Below, in pieces: positions 12,508 through 26,503 of a stretch of DNA of 64,000 nucleotides. This stretch comes from Asterias rubens (Eukaryota). Location of the stretch: positions 9,424,001-9,488,000 of the forward strand of contig NC_047081.1 of the NCBI RefSeq assembly GCF_902459465.1, written 5' to 3'. The notes beneath the pieces were generated by a model. That model worked only from the letters and a program-made list of their open reading frames with translations, had not been told where the DNA came from and did no database searches. The position numbers were made by a program, and so were the translations under genes. Numbering within the stretch: the first letter of the stretch is position 1; every line of letters starts with the position of its first letter.

Positions 12508-12900
12508 TGGGTTCGAATCCCACCCAAGTAATATGCCTGTGATTTTTTTGCACAGAACTTGGGAAAGTACTGAGTATACAAGAGGCTCACGCATATCGGT
12601 GTAAGGGTGAAACCAAAAAAAATTACTGAAAACAAATAGTATTTTGTATCTTTGTATCTCGTTGCAGTACCCGCTGCCAAAACATAGGATTCGAACTGCC
12701 TCTAGCTACCGGGCAACCTCGGTAGTCTAGTTGGTAAGACACTGCTCTAGAATTGCATTGGGTCGTGGGTTCGAATCCCACCCGAGTAACATGCCTGTGA
12801 TTTTCTTTTACAGAACTCAGGAAAGTACTGAGTATACAAGGGTTGAGGGTAAAACAAACGAATGAAAACAAATAGTAATTTCTATCTTTTGTATATTAGA
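12508..12900 (+). mobile_element. Tandem pair of tRNA-headed SINE-like units
   Basis: GGGTTCGAATCCCACCC[A/G]AGTAA[T/C]ATGCCTGTGATTTT...CAGAACT...GAAAGTACTGAGTATACAAG occurs at ~12509 and ~12767. A full tRNA-like head lies at 12716-12788 (D stem GTCT/AGAC, T stem GTGGG/CCCAC). A fragment also lies at ~20905-20970. Confidence 0.8.
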
Positions 12901-14224
12901 ATCAATGTTTCCACTGACAATTTGTATGAAAATTGTTCTCAAACAGTCACTATGTGGACAACTAGCATGAAAGTTTATGTTCCCAAAAATAACTGTATTT
13001 AGACAATTTGTAGTGAGACAACATGACACATGTCAACCTCTAAATATAGTATGCAATGTCTAAACTTGGATGAAATTCAATTTCAAATCAATTGAATCCT
13101 TTAAGATGAGTATGCCTTAAGGTAATTATTTTCTTGTGGACTGGCACGGACTAATAGTAGGACTGTAAAATTGAATCAAACACATGTAAAAGACATGTGT
13201 TGTATGCTGTTGATGACATTTCTGATCACTGCATTTGGATCACTTCCTTCAAAAATTGTAACCTTTTCAAATTTATGTCTGAACGTCAGCACAAATCAAG
13301 GACGAAATCGTCAACTCATACTCTCATAGCATTATAGTTCCAGACGGAACTGCAGGTTTTTGTGTCCTGTTTTCAAGAAAATGTCTATAGAGAGAAGAAC
13401 TGCCGCTCCTCTAAATTTGACAAATTTGTTGTTCGTACAGGAGAATCCCATCCAACCTGCAGTATTTGTTAACTGCCTACAGTATGTAGGTCGTATTATT
13501 GTAGAAGAAGAGGCAGGCCTATAAACACTTTGCATTGAAATGTCAAGGTACATGTATTGCTGTAAAATGTCAATAAGTGATAAGTGCTGTAAATATAGCC
13601 TTGCTCAGAAATACAATTTTCCAAGAGTAGAATTAATTGCCTTGTTTCGTTTAATTGAAAACCATAAGGAATTTGATTGTTTTGTTTTTTTACTGTTGTG
13701 GAACTTACATGTAACCTCAAAACGTCCACTTTGATAGTATGAAATAATATTGGTAAGTTTTCTGTTGATGTATTTCAATTTATCATTAAGTCTGCATACT
13801 TCCGTTAATTTTCTTGAAGAGTTCTGTGTCAGTTTATATAAATTTGTTGCATTTTAATCTGGCGGGTGAAGGTTCGAATCCTGTCCTCTTATTGTGTGAT
13901 TGTGTAGCACCACTTGGTCCTGGATCCAGCAACGCTAACAAAGATTTTGGGGTAGATACTTTAACACACTGGATACATTTTCTGTTTGCACAAACTCTGA
14001 AAGTGATTGCTTTTACAACTACCTACGCAAACACATACTACACCAGATAATTAAAGGATAATGAACTCAGGTAACAGTGTAAACACTGACCCTAAAGACT
14101 CCATCAATGAAATTCCGCAGACTAAACATTTGATTAAAAGTTGAACCAATTACCAAACATGAGGGTATTGATACTAAATCGTTGGCAGATGAATAAGATT
14201 GGGTTTGCTGGAGAATCTGAAATC

Positions 14225-14400
14225 CACTATATCATGCTGCCTCCATCTTGGTCTTGTTCCTCGTATCGAATAAGAATAATGAATGATAATAATCATTTTG
14301 CAAATAGGAACCAGACTATTTTGTTCTTCCAACCTCAGTTTGGTAACATTGATTTCAATGGGAGAAAATCAAGATGGCTGCACCATGATAAAGGTCTATT
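14225..14400. mobile_element. MITE (ATAGACCTTTATCATG-type ends)
   Basis: Its reverse complement matches 54140-54320 (GCAGCCATCTTGA...GAGG[T/C]TGGAAGAACAAAATAGTCTGGTTCCTATTTGCAAA...CCAAGATGGAG). The ends are imperfectly inverted. Confidence 0.75.
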
Positions 14401-14414
14401 GGAGCCTCTGACAG

Positions 14415-14592
14415 TTAAGCCTGGTTCATACTTCTTGCGCATGCGATACAAATTTTGACATTATAGGGATGTTTTCGCAGGGAATGTTTCGCAGGAGTTC
14501 AGCACAAGTCAACTGATGCAAACAATTTGTTGCTAATTTGTGACGTCAAAATTCGAATCGCATTCGCTTTGGAAAGTATGAACCCTGGTTTA
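14415..14592. mobile_element. MITE family D (GGTTCATACTTCCTGCGAATGC TIR)
   Basis: Same family as 32659-32841. Partial copies lie at ~20470-20515 and ~31315-31385. Confidence 0.75.
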
Positions 14593-17500
14593 GGTTGTAT
14601 GTAGCCAAAACAATGCAAAGTCATTGCTAAGCAATACTATACTGTGCTTAGCAAGTTTTTGTGCTTAGAGGCTTTTTGAAAATGAGGCCATATAAAATAC
14701 GGCCAAATTTAATGGGTCTCTGCTTTTATAAGCAAGCCAAGAAGTTAAGCAAAGCATCGGCACTTACAATTATAAAAGCAGGAAATCCGTGCTTGCATAT
14801 TTCGCAGGTTAGTAGGATGCCCGTGCATATTTCACATTTTCGCTTACAACTAGCGCAAAAAAAGTCTGTGCCGTCTGTAAGCGAGAAATGGTGATCCCAA
14901 GCGCAGAGTTCACCAGTAAGCAGAGCCATGAAATTGGGCCCAGAGGTATCAGGGTTCATGAAATCCAAACCATGGAGAAGCAAAGGCAATCACTGAAGGA
15001 AATTGATGTATTAAGAGAGTGATTGATGGTGACAAGCCTGAAATTCCACTCCTTGATTTCTCTAGGAAAAAAAATGGCCAGAACATCAGAGTCAGAGCAT
15101 CTTTGGTGACATTTTTAACGGGGCATCGACACAATTAAAGGCCGGCCAAAGACACCATTATGTCTAGGGTCATACCAGTGTGTTTTTAATTGCTTATTGG
15201 GGTTGACAGTTCATTGTACAATACATGTATGTAGGCCTAAGGTAAAACACTCAATAATCTTGAATGTTAATCATAATGGATGCTGAAACCTAAGCTCAGG
15301 AATCTTTAAAGAGCAGAATATAATCCTCCAATTGGGACGCAGATAATGGTTGATTAGACATGACAAGGAAGGGGTGTGTATAGTTCATTTCGCAGTGATT
15401 AAATCACGTAACAAATCAATAGGCCTACAGTGTGTGGGTTGATGACAGATTGTGACTGTTTCCAATTTGATAGTGACATGTTCTGATGGCACAGAAAGCT
15501 TATCAAGAATTTAATCTGGAAGATTAAAAAAAAGCTTTTATATTTACAAAATAATGTGTTTTTGCAGAAAAGAAGAGGAGTAATGACTTACCACTGATCA
15601 TCATTAATTTGTGTCGGTCATTATGACTTACAAACATGAGGCTCCACCCAATTTAATTAATGCATACCAACATTTTTGTTGTAATGAATTATTAACATGT
15701 CTATATGTACAATGTAGCCTAGGTGAGGACCAACTGTTTTTTGACATTATAGTAATTGAAAACCTGTAAACCTGTATTGACATAACAATTCAATTTACTC
15801 TCTGGTGAGAATGATTATATGCATAACGCCTGTGAGGACTTCAGCTATTTCTTGACATATTTAGTCATTGAAAAATGTACCTGTTTTGACATAACAACTC
15901 AATTAACTCCAGTGAGAGATGTCACAGCATGTTTTTGTTTAGTAAAGACTTTTATAAAGGCTCTATGAAGATTGCTCTTGCTTGACGAAATCTTGGACAA
16001 TCCCTGTGCATTTTTTAAATTAACGTTTCCGTTACTACCTTTACTTCCAATTTAAAGCTTTCTTGAACAAGAAATGATCAGAGGTCAATTTTGAAAAGCT
16101 GTAGCAGAAAAAGTAGCAATAAAAGCACAAAAGCAGTTATGCCTATTGACCTGATGTCATCATCGGAATTATCTTAGAGGCGCCATACTGGTGGGCAATG
16201 TCACTGTGCGTTATTCAGTGAAGTGAAGTGCGCATTTTTAGACGACGCGACGTTTACATGTAAACATAACTGCCAACCAAAATGGTGAGCGTACGACAGT
16301 CGCCGCGTGTGATGTGCGTGCAAACGGGGTCAATACCAGATCAGCAAAACAAATCTTATTTTGTGCGAAAAGATGCATTCATACACCACAGACAAGACAA
16401 GGTTTTGCATGGTCTTTTCATTTTGTTCTTAGAGCATTAAAGTGATGTGATAAAAAGCACCGCACTATTGATCAGAAAACTGCATTATGGCTTCAAATCA
16501 ATAATGCATTACATGTGGAGAAAGTCTTCCCTTTTGGTACATGAGGATAATGACAACATTCTTCTGTCCTCCATCAAGCTGTCTCAGAATCAAAGTGAGA
16601 AAATACCACAATCAAATGAGAACACAGTTTTTTACATATTTATATAATCTGTTTTTAATTGAATAGGGCCATAATGCTATAAGAGAAAATGTATCTCTAT
16701 TCTTTTCTCGTAAAGATTATGTTGTATACTAATTTGTGTCCACTCGCCACACCACACCTGCAACTTATATATCCTGTGAGGAGTTTGTTGCAGTATTCGA
16801 CAGATACAGATATTGATGAGAAAAGAATTCAAATGAAACACTGATAGAAAAAAACTTTTCGATTAACCTTAAATTAAAAAAAAAAAAAAAAAAAACAAAC
16901 TATATTTTGGTAGATAGACCTCTTGGTGCTCTGCAAGGAAGCATAACACAATTCTACAAAGTTCAAAGAAATGTTCAGTCACCCATCCATTAGGCACAAG
17001 GTTGAAAAACAAACAACAAAAAGTGTCTGATAAATTAACCCTCAAGGTTCTCTTGCAGGTCCTATGTAGAATTCAAAACAATCAATAAGGCTGATTGCTG
17101 CCCTTTTTGATATATAGCCTTTCCCCAAAAATACATTTAAAAAAAATAAAGCATGCTTTTGTTGTTTAGTTAGCATCAAATCATTGGCAAATTGTGTGAT
17201 TACTTATTGAGCACACAGTGAATCGGATAACTGTTTGTGAAAAGATGACAAATATTAGATTCACCTTGAAAATTACAAGCACTTATGGTTAGGCCGACTC
17301 TAATTTTTTTGTTCAATTGAATTACAACAATAATGTAAATATCTCAAACAGAAATAAGTCTTTCAATTCTGTTAAGTAACAAAGTGTTTAATATACCAGT
17401 ACCAATGGAGACAAAAGACATAAATAATTCTAATAAATAACAAATGCATGTCAAACTTTGTCTGCATTTTTCTATTGCATTTTGATCATGGTCCTGATAA

Positions 17501-20500
17501 ATATTTCTGGTCCATTTTGAGGTACAATCCCTGCAGTCGTGGGATTTTACCCCAAAGCAAAGCCCTGCATACAAACATATTAGGGCTACATGTAAGAACT
17601 CAAAATGATATTGAATACTATTTAAGTTGGAAAACATTTTAAATATATATATCAAATTTTATTTCTTTATTCATGAACTCCAAAATGTCTGCAATTAAAT
17701 TCTGACAAGCCTGATGGCCACAAAAAGCACAGCCATCCCTTGGTATTAAGACGTTAAAAGCCACAGATGGATTGAACGCTTTTAGATTGAGCACAGGAGT
17801 TTTGACAAAAGGAGCACGTGGGCGTTGCCCTTCTCTCGCTTCTCTATGAACAGCACAATTTTCGTGTGTAACCATGGCAACAAACAATGGCATACTTCCT
17901 ACCTTTTCTAGCAAAAACAACGACTGCATGTTTTACGATTTTTGAATCCTTAAATAGAGTGACAAATGTGTCATAGACAGAGTGTTGAATGGTTTCAAAT
18001 TTACCTCAATTATCAAAGGGTTATTTGTACAATAGATCTAACTATACAGAGCAATTTAATTTCAGCAAAGGATCGACCCACCATCATGGATTTGTCTTTC
18101 ATGCACAGACTTGGTTGTATCACTCCATGGTTGTATTATTTGAGACACTAAACTCATTTCATAATTAGCAATGTGTGTCAAGGATCCACCAGTACAACAT
18201 CTTTAAACATTATTGCAGCATGCTGGTGTGTCTAGTGTTTTTTTTTTCGGGGGGTGGGGGGAGGAGGATGACCCTAAGTCTTTATTGCCAACTGGTCGAA
18301 TTAATTGTGAAGGTTTTTTTCCTACTATCCACCATAAAAATATGTTTTTGAGCCTTGCATTGTAATAATATTTAGTTCAAATAAATGTCACTTGTACTAG
18401 AAACAACCCTTTTACCAAAATGTACTCTAACCGGGAACTAACATCATATTACAAATAAGACTAGTATAATACTACATTTTCCGAGGGTTCACATTTTCCG
18501 AGTGTGCACTCGTACATGTGTGCAATTGTGAATATTTCAGGGACATTGTGCAGAAAATGTCATGCACGCGATAGTCACATGTAACTTAGTTTGTTTCAGG
18601 CTCATAAATGCAATTATTCATTGCATGTGATGTAGATAGGTGATTGCTCTGAAAGCTCAGAATGCATACATTTTTATGTAATTATGTTTTATTAAATTAT
18701 TTCTGTGACGTCAGTCTATTTGTTAAAAGTGTAGATTATTTTTACGAATGTACACTTTGATATGAATCTACACTTAAGTGTAGATTCGTAACATAATCTT
18801 ATCTACAGTTGCGTGTAGATTCAATACAAGCTTTAGTAAATTGTTCAACTTGAAAATTACTTTCCAAACTGAAAGATAGCATGAACTTTTTCAAACTTGT
18901 TATTTTTTGTTGTACAAATGTGTTGTCAAATTAGTGAATTTCTTCAGGTTGTTTAACAATACATGTACGTCATAATTTTTAAATTCATAGCCGAGTTCAA
19001 ATAAATCATCTGAAATTTTCCAGCTCAAGTGGAAAATTGAATTAACGTACAAAAACATGTCCTAAATATGAGACCTGACAATGGAATGAAACCTTTTGGA
19101 TCAGGCTGGCCTTCAGCCGTGTTGCATTTCAATCTCAACGCCATCTCAAAAGATATTACAAATTCATTGTCATAGAGTCAGTAGATCCATGAAATATCAA
19201 ATTATGCTTCCATTGAAATCAGAACCATGGAATTCATTTAAATGAAGGATAACTGTAAATAATGGGAAAGGTTGTTTCTGACTTCAGTGGGAATGGAAAC
19301 AATATATCCAACATGGAACTTGCAGTTGGTGGTCATGGCAATGTTCATCACTTTTTTTTCTCTCGTTTTTTTTCCCCCAACGGGCCAAAGATTTTAATTT
19401 GTACTGATCATCCGTACACTATAAAATCTTTTCGGGGAAAAAAACAACAACAAAAACCAAATCAAAAAGGGGAAATGGAAGAGCGGAAGAATTTGGAACA
19501 CACAATCTGAGAAAGGATATCTGACAGAAACTTTTCTAAGATTCATTTTGGGGGATTTCCATAACAACATTAATTACTTCAAAGAGATATGATTCTCAAA
19601 TGCTTTATATTGAAAGCAGCTATACTTACTGCCATTAATTGTTAGAATGATAACCAAGCGTGTTCCTTCCCTTTAAAATTGGGCAACACAACCAAACATA
19701 TGTACAGCTAGGGTTAATTAAAACAGATGGCCATAAATTAATTTGCACTTTTTTTGCAACACTTGAGATGCTGATTAGAATATCGGCAATTGTGTCGACC
19801 ATATCCTCATGAAACTCTCAAGGGGGGGGGGACCCCTATAATTAGAATCAATATTGGCCTAATGAACTCGGTGTCACCTGTATTGGGGCGATTAATCCTT
19901 GCCAAGTTGCCTGATGTGTATTTATAGCGTAGAATTGTACGTGCCAGTCCAGCTGAAAAGCTAATATAAAAGGCTTGGTACTGATGGTTGACGTTGTGAA
20001 AACCGAGCAGGCCTTAGTAAATTATAAATTATAGCTCCCCACAGAGCATGGGATCTATTGCCACTTAAAGGAAATTGACACTCTTGAGCTATTACAACAA
20101 CTAAACCTAAACTGACAGCCTTTGTATGACGCTTTCCAAACGGTGCTATTCTTGACAGTAACATTGCCCCGAGTATTAGGTAAAAATAGCCCAAAAAGAG
20201 AAAATAAGTAAGGGATGAACAGGAAAATTTGGAGTTCCACTTTCAAATTACAATAATCTAATATAGTGGGAATAATGGTTAATATTGTAGATTAATTATT
20301 TTGTTCCTACAGAACTCCTAATAATAAGTAACAAATACAGGCCTGTGAGTGGACCATTAAATAAAGAGCTGAAACACTACATGATGTAAGAATGATCATT
20401 TGCGCCCATCACGCATTTACGCTGGTCGAATCAGGGCTGCGTATTATTCATTGCAAATTTGGTGACATCAAAATTTGTGTTGCATACTGCATTCGCAAGG

Positions 20501-20558
20501 AAGTATGAACGGGGCTTGAGACTTGCACAGTCTATAGTATAAAATAAATAATGCATAC

Positions 20559-20658
20559 CTTCACACTGGTGTTGAGATATGTTGAGAAGAATTATAGCAA
20601 CGACGACACAGAGTAAACACTGCAGTCTATCTATTCTGCTTTTGTATGCCATCATCAT
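20559..20658 (-). CDS. Putative first coding exon of an unidentified secreted or membrane protein (signal peptide)
   Basis: An in-frame TAA immediately precedes ATGATGATG. Translates MMMAYKSRIDRLQCLLCVVVAIILLNISQHQCE plus a phase-1 donor GAAG|GTATGC. An upstream acceptor (TTTTGGTCTAG|) defines exon 20559-20858. Downstream exons are unresolved. Confidence 0.4.
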
Positions 20659-22516
20659 TTACACTCCGTCTTCATCAATCCAACGCACAAGAACTTTACA
20701 GGTCCTTCTCCTCCAGCAATGGCAATCTCACTGCTGACTTTTTGTTGATGCTGCAGATCTGTGGAGAGTAATACATCTACAGCTGGAAGACATCATCTTA
20801 GATGGTGCATAGGATGGTCGGTGAAAGGTTTTGAGGAGTGGATGAACACTTGGTTAACCTAGACCAAAATTGTAAAGAATTGGAAGTTTAAGAGATGTTA
20901 AGCAATGGATTTGTTTTCACAGAACTCAGGAAAGTACTGAGTATTTACAGTGCTAACACAAGGGTAAAACCAAAATTGGAAGTTATATCAGTTTGCAGTT
21001 ACCATCTACTTTGCTGTGTAGATTTGTTCTTTAAGATCTTGTCTTGCTACTACTGTCGGTAGGATCTGGCCATGGCAACAACTTTCACTTAGTGGATTGA
21101 GGGGACTTCTCGTTTGGCCAAAGCATGTTGAATTGAAACAAAGACCTCTTTCTTACTTGATGTTTATCTTCGGTTTTTCTACCCCTACTGCGAAATCTTG
21201 GGCATTCTAAATGGTTTATGATTTTTGTGACTTGATCAATAGTCCACCCCCCCCCCCCAAGAAAAATGGCCTTTATGCCTTTACTTAGGCCTATAGCCTA
21301 TATTGAATGGGTTTTTTGTTTGCATGTTGGCAATGCAATTGGCCTGATACAATACCTTTTGCACTGGGAGAACATTGGTCTCTGTTAATTTTGTTTTATA
21401 TTTTTTATAAATATATATTCTCTCTTAGCCAAGCCCATTAGAAAAATGGGTTAAGAATTTGATGAATTTACGTCTATTGACCCTCACTTTTTATAGACAA
21501 ACTATACTTCCGATAATTATGATTAATTATTCAGCAAGGATGAAAGGAGATGCGCTTGACCGATCCTTCTAATTAACCCGACCCTCCTTTGACAAAACAA
21601 GGTGGTTCTATAAATATAAGAGTGCAATATATATGCAATTCACGAGTTCAAGGAAAAACATTGTCTACATATTATGCATCCAAGCTTCTTTGGAAAGTCA
21701 GTCTTTTAGATATGATTACTACATATGTAATTAATCACAGGCCTCAAAATAACCCACGGCAACCACAGCAATTGCTGTAGTGCCCTTTGCTTTTCCAACA
21801 CAAACTCACATTTTTCCCATAACAGTGCCCCTTATCAGAGGAAAATTGCTGTCCCCCCTTCTCAAGAGAAGTTCAAGGCCTGAAACTGGTTGCATTACAA
21901 AATTTGTAGTATTTACTCTATTCCCAAAATGTAACCAGCATGATACTACAAATTGGGCGGACAAAATTCTTGACAAAGTGTTTTCTTGAAACCAAAATCA
22001 ATTTGATGATATTTCCACAAGTTAGTTGTTTTTTGGGCTGAAATGTAAAAAACTATGAGTATTTTTGTATTCTTTAAAAAACTAAATGTGCTGTGTAAAA
22101 TCATATTGATGTGTAAAAAGCCATGATTATGATGCATCGTTAGTTGTTAGACAAACTTGATGCACAACGGGGGACGATCCTACGCTAGGCCTTCTATCCA
22201 CCATGATCCTCAAGTGTGCTTTGGAGTTGCTATGGAAACCCATTGCATGCCTCCCATGACAATATTGTTCTAGCCAATTTTCCCTCACAGCAGGGAGCTT
22301 CATTTTTGACGATGGTGTTGTATACGAACTGACAATACTTAGATTAAAATTTTCTGTGTAAATTGATCACTGATATTTAGGTATCTTTCAGATTAATTGG
22401 CCCAACAAAATTATTTAAAATAAAACAGAAACCACTTGAAAATACTTGTTTCCTTTTCTCACCAGTTGATGCTTCCTAATATTTACACCTCGACAATTTA
22501 TCAAACTGATGGTATG

Positions 22517-22902
22517 TTAAAGGCAGTGGACACTATTGGTAAGTACTCAAAATAATTTTTTTCATAAAACCTTTCTTGATTACGAGTAATGTGGAGAGGT
22601 TGATGGTATAAAACATTGTGAGAAACGGCTCCCTCTGGAGTGACGTAGTTTTAGAGAAAAAAGTAATTTTCCGCGAATTTGATTTCGAGACCTCAGATTT
22701 AAAGTCTGAGGTCTCGAAATCAAGCATCTGAAAGCACACAACTTTGTGTGACAAGGGTGTTTTTTCTTTCATAGTTATCTCGCAACTCCGACGACCAATC
22801 GAGCTCAAATTTTCACAGGTGTGTTATTTTATGAATATGATGAGATACACTAAGTGAGAAGACTGGTCTTTGTCAATTACCAATAGTGTCCAGTGTCTTT
22901 AA
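22517..22902. mobile_element. TTAA-flanked MITE family A (Kolobok/T2-like), full copy
   Basis: TTAA-AGGCAGTGGACACTATTGGTAA ... TTACCAATAGTGTCCAGTGTCT-TTAA, ~385 bp. About 14 full or partial copies occur in the window. Confidence 0.9.
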
Positions 22903-25900
22903 GTACTTCATACTGGTAATGACAATGACCATGAATTTAAGAAGTATCCCTGACCATGGGGATATTGATGGTAGACTGAAATAAGTGAGTAGAGTCTAGC
23001 AATTAGTGCCCAGAGGTCATTATTGTATTAACTGATGAAACGCTGCAGTCTCTGGTTAACCTTTGCCAGCATTTTGGGTCTTTCCTCAAGTTATTTACCA
23101 TTTTAATATTAAAATACAGACCAATTACAGAAACTTGTTAACTTGATCAGCAAAAGAAAGGGGGTGGGGGGGGGGGGTTTGCGTGCATTTCTATTGAAAT
23201 TTTTACATGAGAGTTTGTCTGTTAGCATGTTTTGGCTATTGAGCTTTCTAGGTAACAATACAAAAACAAATTGTTGTGTTTTTTTAAGGCTCTGCTAGGG
23301 TCGAAACATCAGACCATTAACTATTTTTTGCATTCATACACTGTTTGAACAGCTACTTGTACTTTCTCATGATATTAAATGAAGTAATTGTGCGTTTTTC
23401 TCTGGCTGCTTCATTAGTCACCCTTGGAGCCATTGAGCAGGTGCTACTGACTTCCTGTCTCATTCTCCCTAGTGTTTCATCAAGACATAGTAATCGGATT
23501 GCCAGGAGCATTTGTTTCAGATGTGAACTGACAGAATGACAAATAAGATTTCACAGGTAAATTGTGAGAACACAAAACAGCCTGATGAGCAGAGGTGTTT
23601 GAACCACGTCAGGTTTCCTCCCCTTTCATGCTGGCCTGACCAGAACCAATGTTGACTGACAGAGCGGATAACAAAATAGCTTGGTTATATTAGCGTTTAT
23701 CAGGTGCAAATTATACAACTTAACACTCATGACGTAAAGAACTGGCGAAAAAACAAGTGTTGACGACATGTCTGATAACAAGACTGCAGAGGAGCACATG
23801 TACTTTCATCCAATGCATTCTGTGGTTACTACAACGAAAATTCCTCTCAGGGTGATCCCACCGCTGCCACTTCCCAGGATGTATCGAAAACTTGGATGTG
23901 ATCCCTAGCTATATGGCAGTTACAGGTTAAAAGGCTTGTGACTGGCAGCCCCATACAATTATATCTTGACAAAATAGGGAGACCGTTGTCAACAAAGGGC
24001 TAGAGAGCATCTCTGGTAGAGCATGACGTGTTAATCTGGTGGTCTAGTCCCTGCTCTAGTCAATTATTCAGTAAACCCCACAACAAAATTTTGACTTTTG
24101 TGAAAAACTTAAATCTCCACAGGTTTGGGTTGACAACATCTCACTTAAATTTTAAAAAGAAATACCTCAACTATAAAAAGGTACAGGTTTTATGATCTGT
24201 TTATGAAAAGCAACAATAACTCTCAAAGAGAAAAGTCTTTTTCTAAATATTGGAGTACTTTGTCGACAAGCTCATCAAAACACTTGTGAAAAAAAAAGAA
24301 ATTAGAGCCTATTGTAAAAAAAATGTTTCATTAATGATTAGAGTCCCTGCAGTGGATAGGCTGTCCCTGTAAGTTTTAATCATTACTAATGTTAGTTTCT
24401 TAATTTATCATTGAATAAAAAGGGGGGGGGGGAATAACTTCAAAATAACTGATATTGTGGTATAGTCAATGTTATACATAAAAAGGGTTAGACATCACTT
24501 ACCTAAGTATTCCTGGGTTTTCTTAGTAAAAATTTCCAAGCCAGAGCTAAGTTAAATTTTCCAGCACAATGTGCAAAAGTTCCAACTGTAGCTCTGCACT
24601 GTACTTTCTATTTCAGCTACTAATATCACAATTGCCTCTGTCAAAAATTCAGATCCGGTACTTTACACTCGCAAGTTCGGATGAAGTTGTTTTTTTTGCA
24701 AACGAATTGATAGATTTAAATCCAATCTGTGATTTTCCGATAGCAAATAATCCTGATGGTGATTGAGTGGACAGTGTTTTTGCAATGCTCCGACTACTCT
24801 ACAATTCTGAATTATTATAAAACAAAAATCTGAATATTATATTTATACCACAAAGGAAACAGCTGGTGTGGCGTGCCCTTACAAAAAGAAGTGTGACTCT
24901 ATTGTTGTTTGACGGTAGCCTCTAAACCAGCCTCTAAACCGTTATAAGGGTGTGAACAAGTGTACTGTCCAGAAAGTATTGTCGCGTGCACACTGTACAT
25001 GGTACACTCATCTATTGATCCAGGGTAGGTTGGATACTACACGCGTTTAGTACTACAGGGTTGTTCGATTCAATGTTTTTGCTTAGACCATGCTTAGACT
25101 TTAGATGGGATTTAAGCTGTTTAGGTTTGGTGCATGGAAGGGTGGTGGGTGTGATGACAAAGGACGTGTGCCAATCAGTGCATGGTCACTTTGTGCGACA
25201 GCTGGGGTGCCTTGTGCGTCAAGTAGGCTCCTGGCTTTGGTTGTTGTTGCATAAATTATTATAAATTATTATAATGAAAACAAAACAAAACAAAAACAAC
25301 AAGGATGAAAGCACTAGCTACATTATTTGGATGCTTATTTCAATAAAACTGGATCCAGAACAAATTTAAAAATTCTGAAGGTTTTCTCTTTTCTCTTTTT
25401 AATTTTTATTTAATGGGCTTGAATACTAATTTCTCAAAGCATTACTAAGTGTGGATCTGACTGAACAAATGAGGGCCAAACATGGCAGGGTTTTGAATGT
25501 GGACTTACACACCTTCACACCGTGTTTTTTCTTTTAAGTAGACAGAACAATAGAATGTCCACATAGGTGTACGAAACACATAGATGGGTGTGTCATTTGG
25601 TAGATGTTCTCAAGGTCACATTGTCTAATAGCTTCCCATGAGTGGTGGCGATGAGATGTACTTAATGCAGACCGGTCGCAGCATTACTTGACGATTTATG
25701 AATCAGTGGTTTAGATCAATAACGATGAGAGTAATAATGGATGATGTTTGCTCTGTACATATTGATCACGTCACTAAACAAAAACAAACGATGTGCGACG
25801 AAGATTTGTTTTCTATCCGGTCTACTCTTCATTAATACTTCATGTCATTCTTTTGTTTGTCCAGTTTTAGGGTACATGTACCAATTTAACTTTTGAAGTT

Positions 25901-26133
25901 GCAGCTAAGAAATGATTTTGTCCGCCAATATTGCATATATCACTGTAGCAATAGAATGAATATTTTTTTGCACACAAAATGCTAATTGGTGATTGTTTGG
26001 TAGCAATTGAAATTTAGGTATAATTTTTGTCAACTTTTCAAGGGAAATCTTTCTCTGAACAATATCTGCATCTAGAGTATAGTCATTGTGGTTTCAATAA
26101 CTCATGAAAACAGAGGCCTACTATGTTTCCCCT

Positions 26134-26503
26134 TTAAAGCCATTGGACCCTTTCGGTAAACAGTATTGCCCAAGGCCCACACTTCATGTATCACAACTTC
26201 TATATCAAATAACAAACCTGTGACAATTTGGGCTTAATCGGTCATCGGAATCGGGACTAATAACGGGAAAACCCACCCTTGTATCCGCGCGTTTCGTAGT
26301 GTCACGACATGTTTTTAAAACAAATCCGTAATTCTCGTTAGCGAGAATTGATATTGTTTTGCTGTTTTTTCAAAAAGTAAAGCATTTCATGGAATATGAT
26401 TTCAAGAGAAGTATTTCACCACTACCTTCTGTAAACCCTGTAAGTTATTTGTAAAGCTGTGAACTTTTTTTTTTTCTGTACCGAAAAGGTCCAATGGCTT
26501 TAA
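26134..26503. mobile_element. TTAA-flanked MITE family B
   Basis: TTAA at both ends and TIR AGCCATTGGACC/GGTCCAATGGCT. Opposite orientation to the 10940 copy. Confidence 0.9.

Noticed and set aside
12716-12788. Cloverleaf-like sequence as a real tRNA gene
   Set aside because: Only 5 acceptor pairs, a mismatched anticodon stem, and an AGA loop without the long Ser variable arm. It is embedded in a repeated SINE body.
22533-22808. Recurrent ORFs such as CFQMLDFETS..KSEVSKSNS (also 36765, 39031, 61735)
   Set aside because: Chance ORFs inside family A MITE copies, with variable stops and frames and no transposase motif.
23582-23615. CTGATGA-GC...GAAC-CACGTC-AGG hammerhead-like string
   Set aside because: GAAA is replaced by GAAC, and stems I and II do not pair convincingly.
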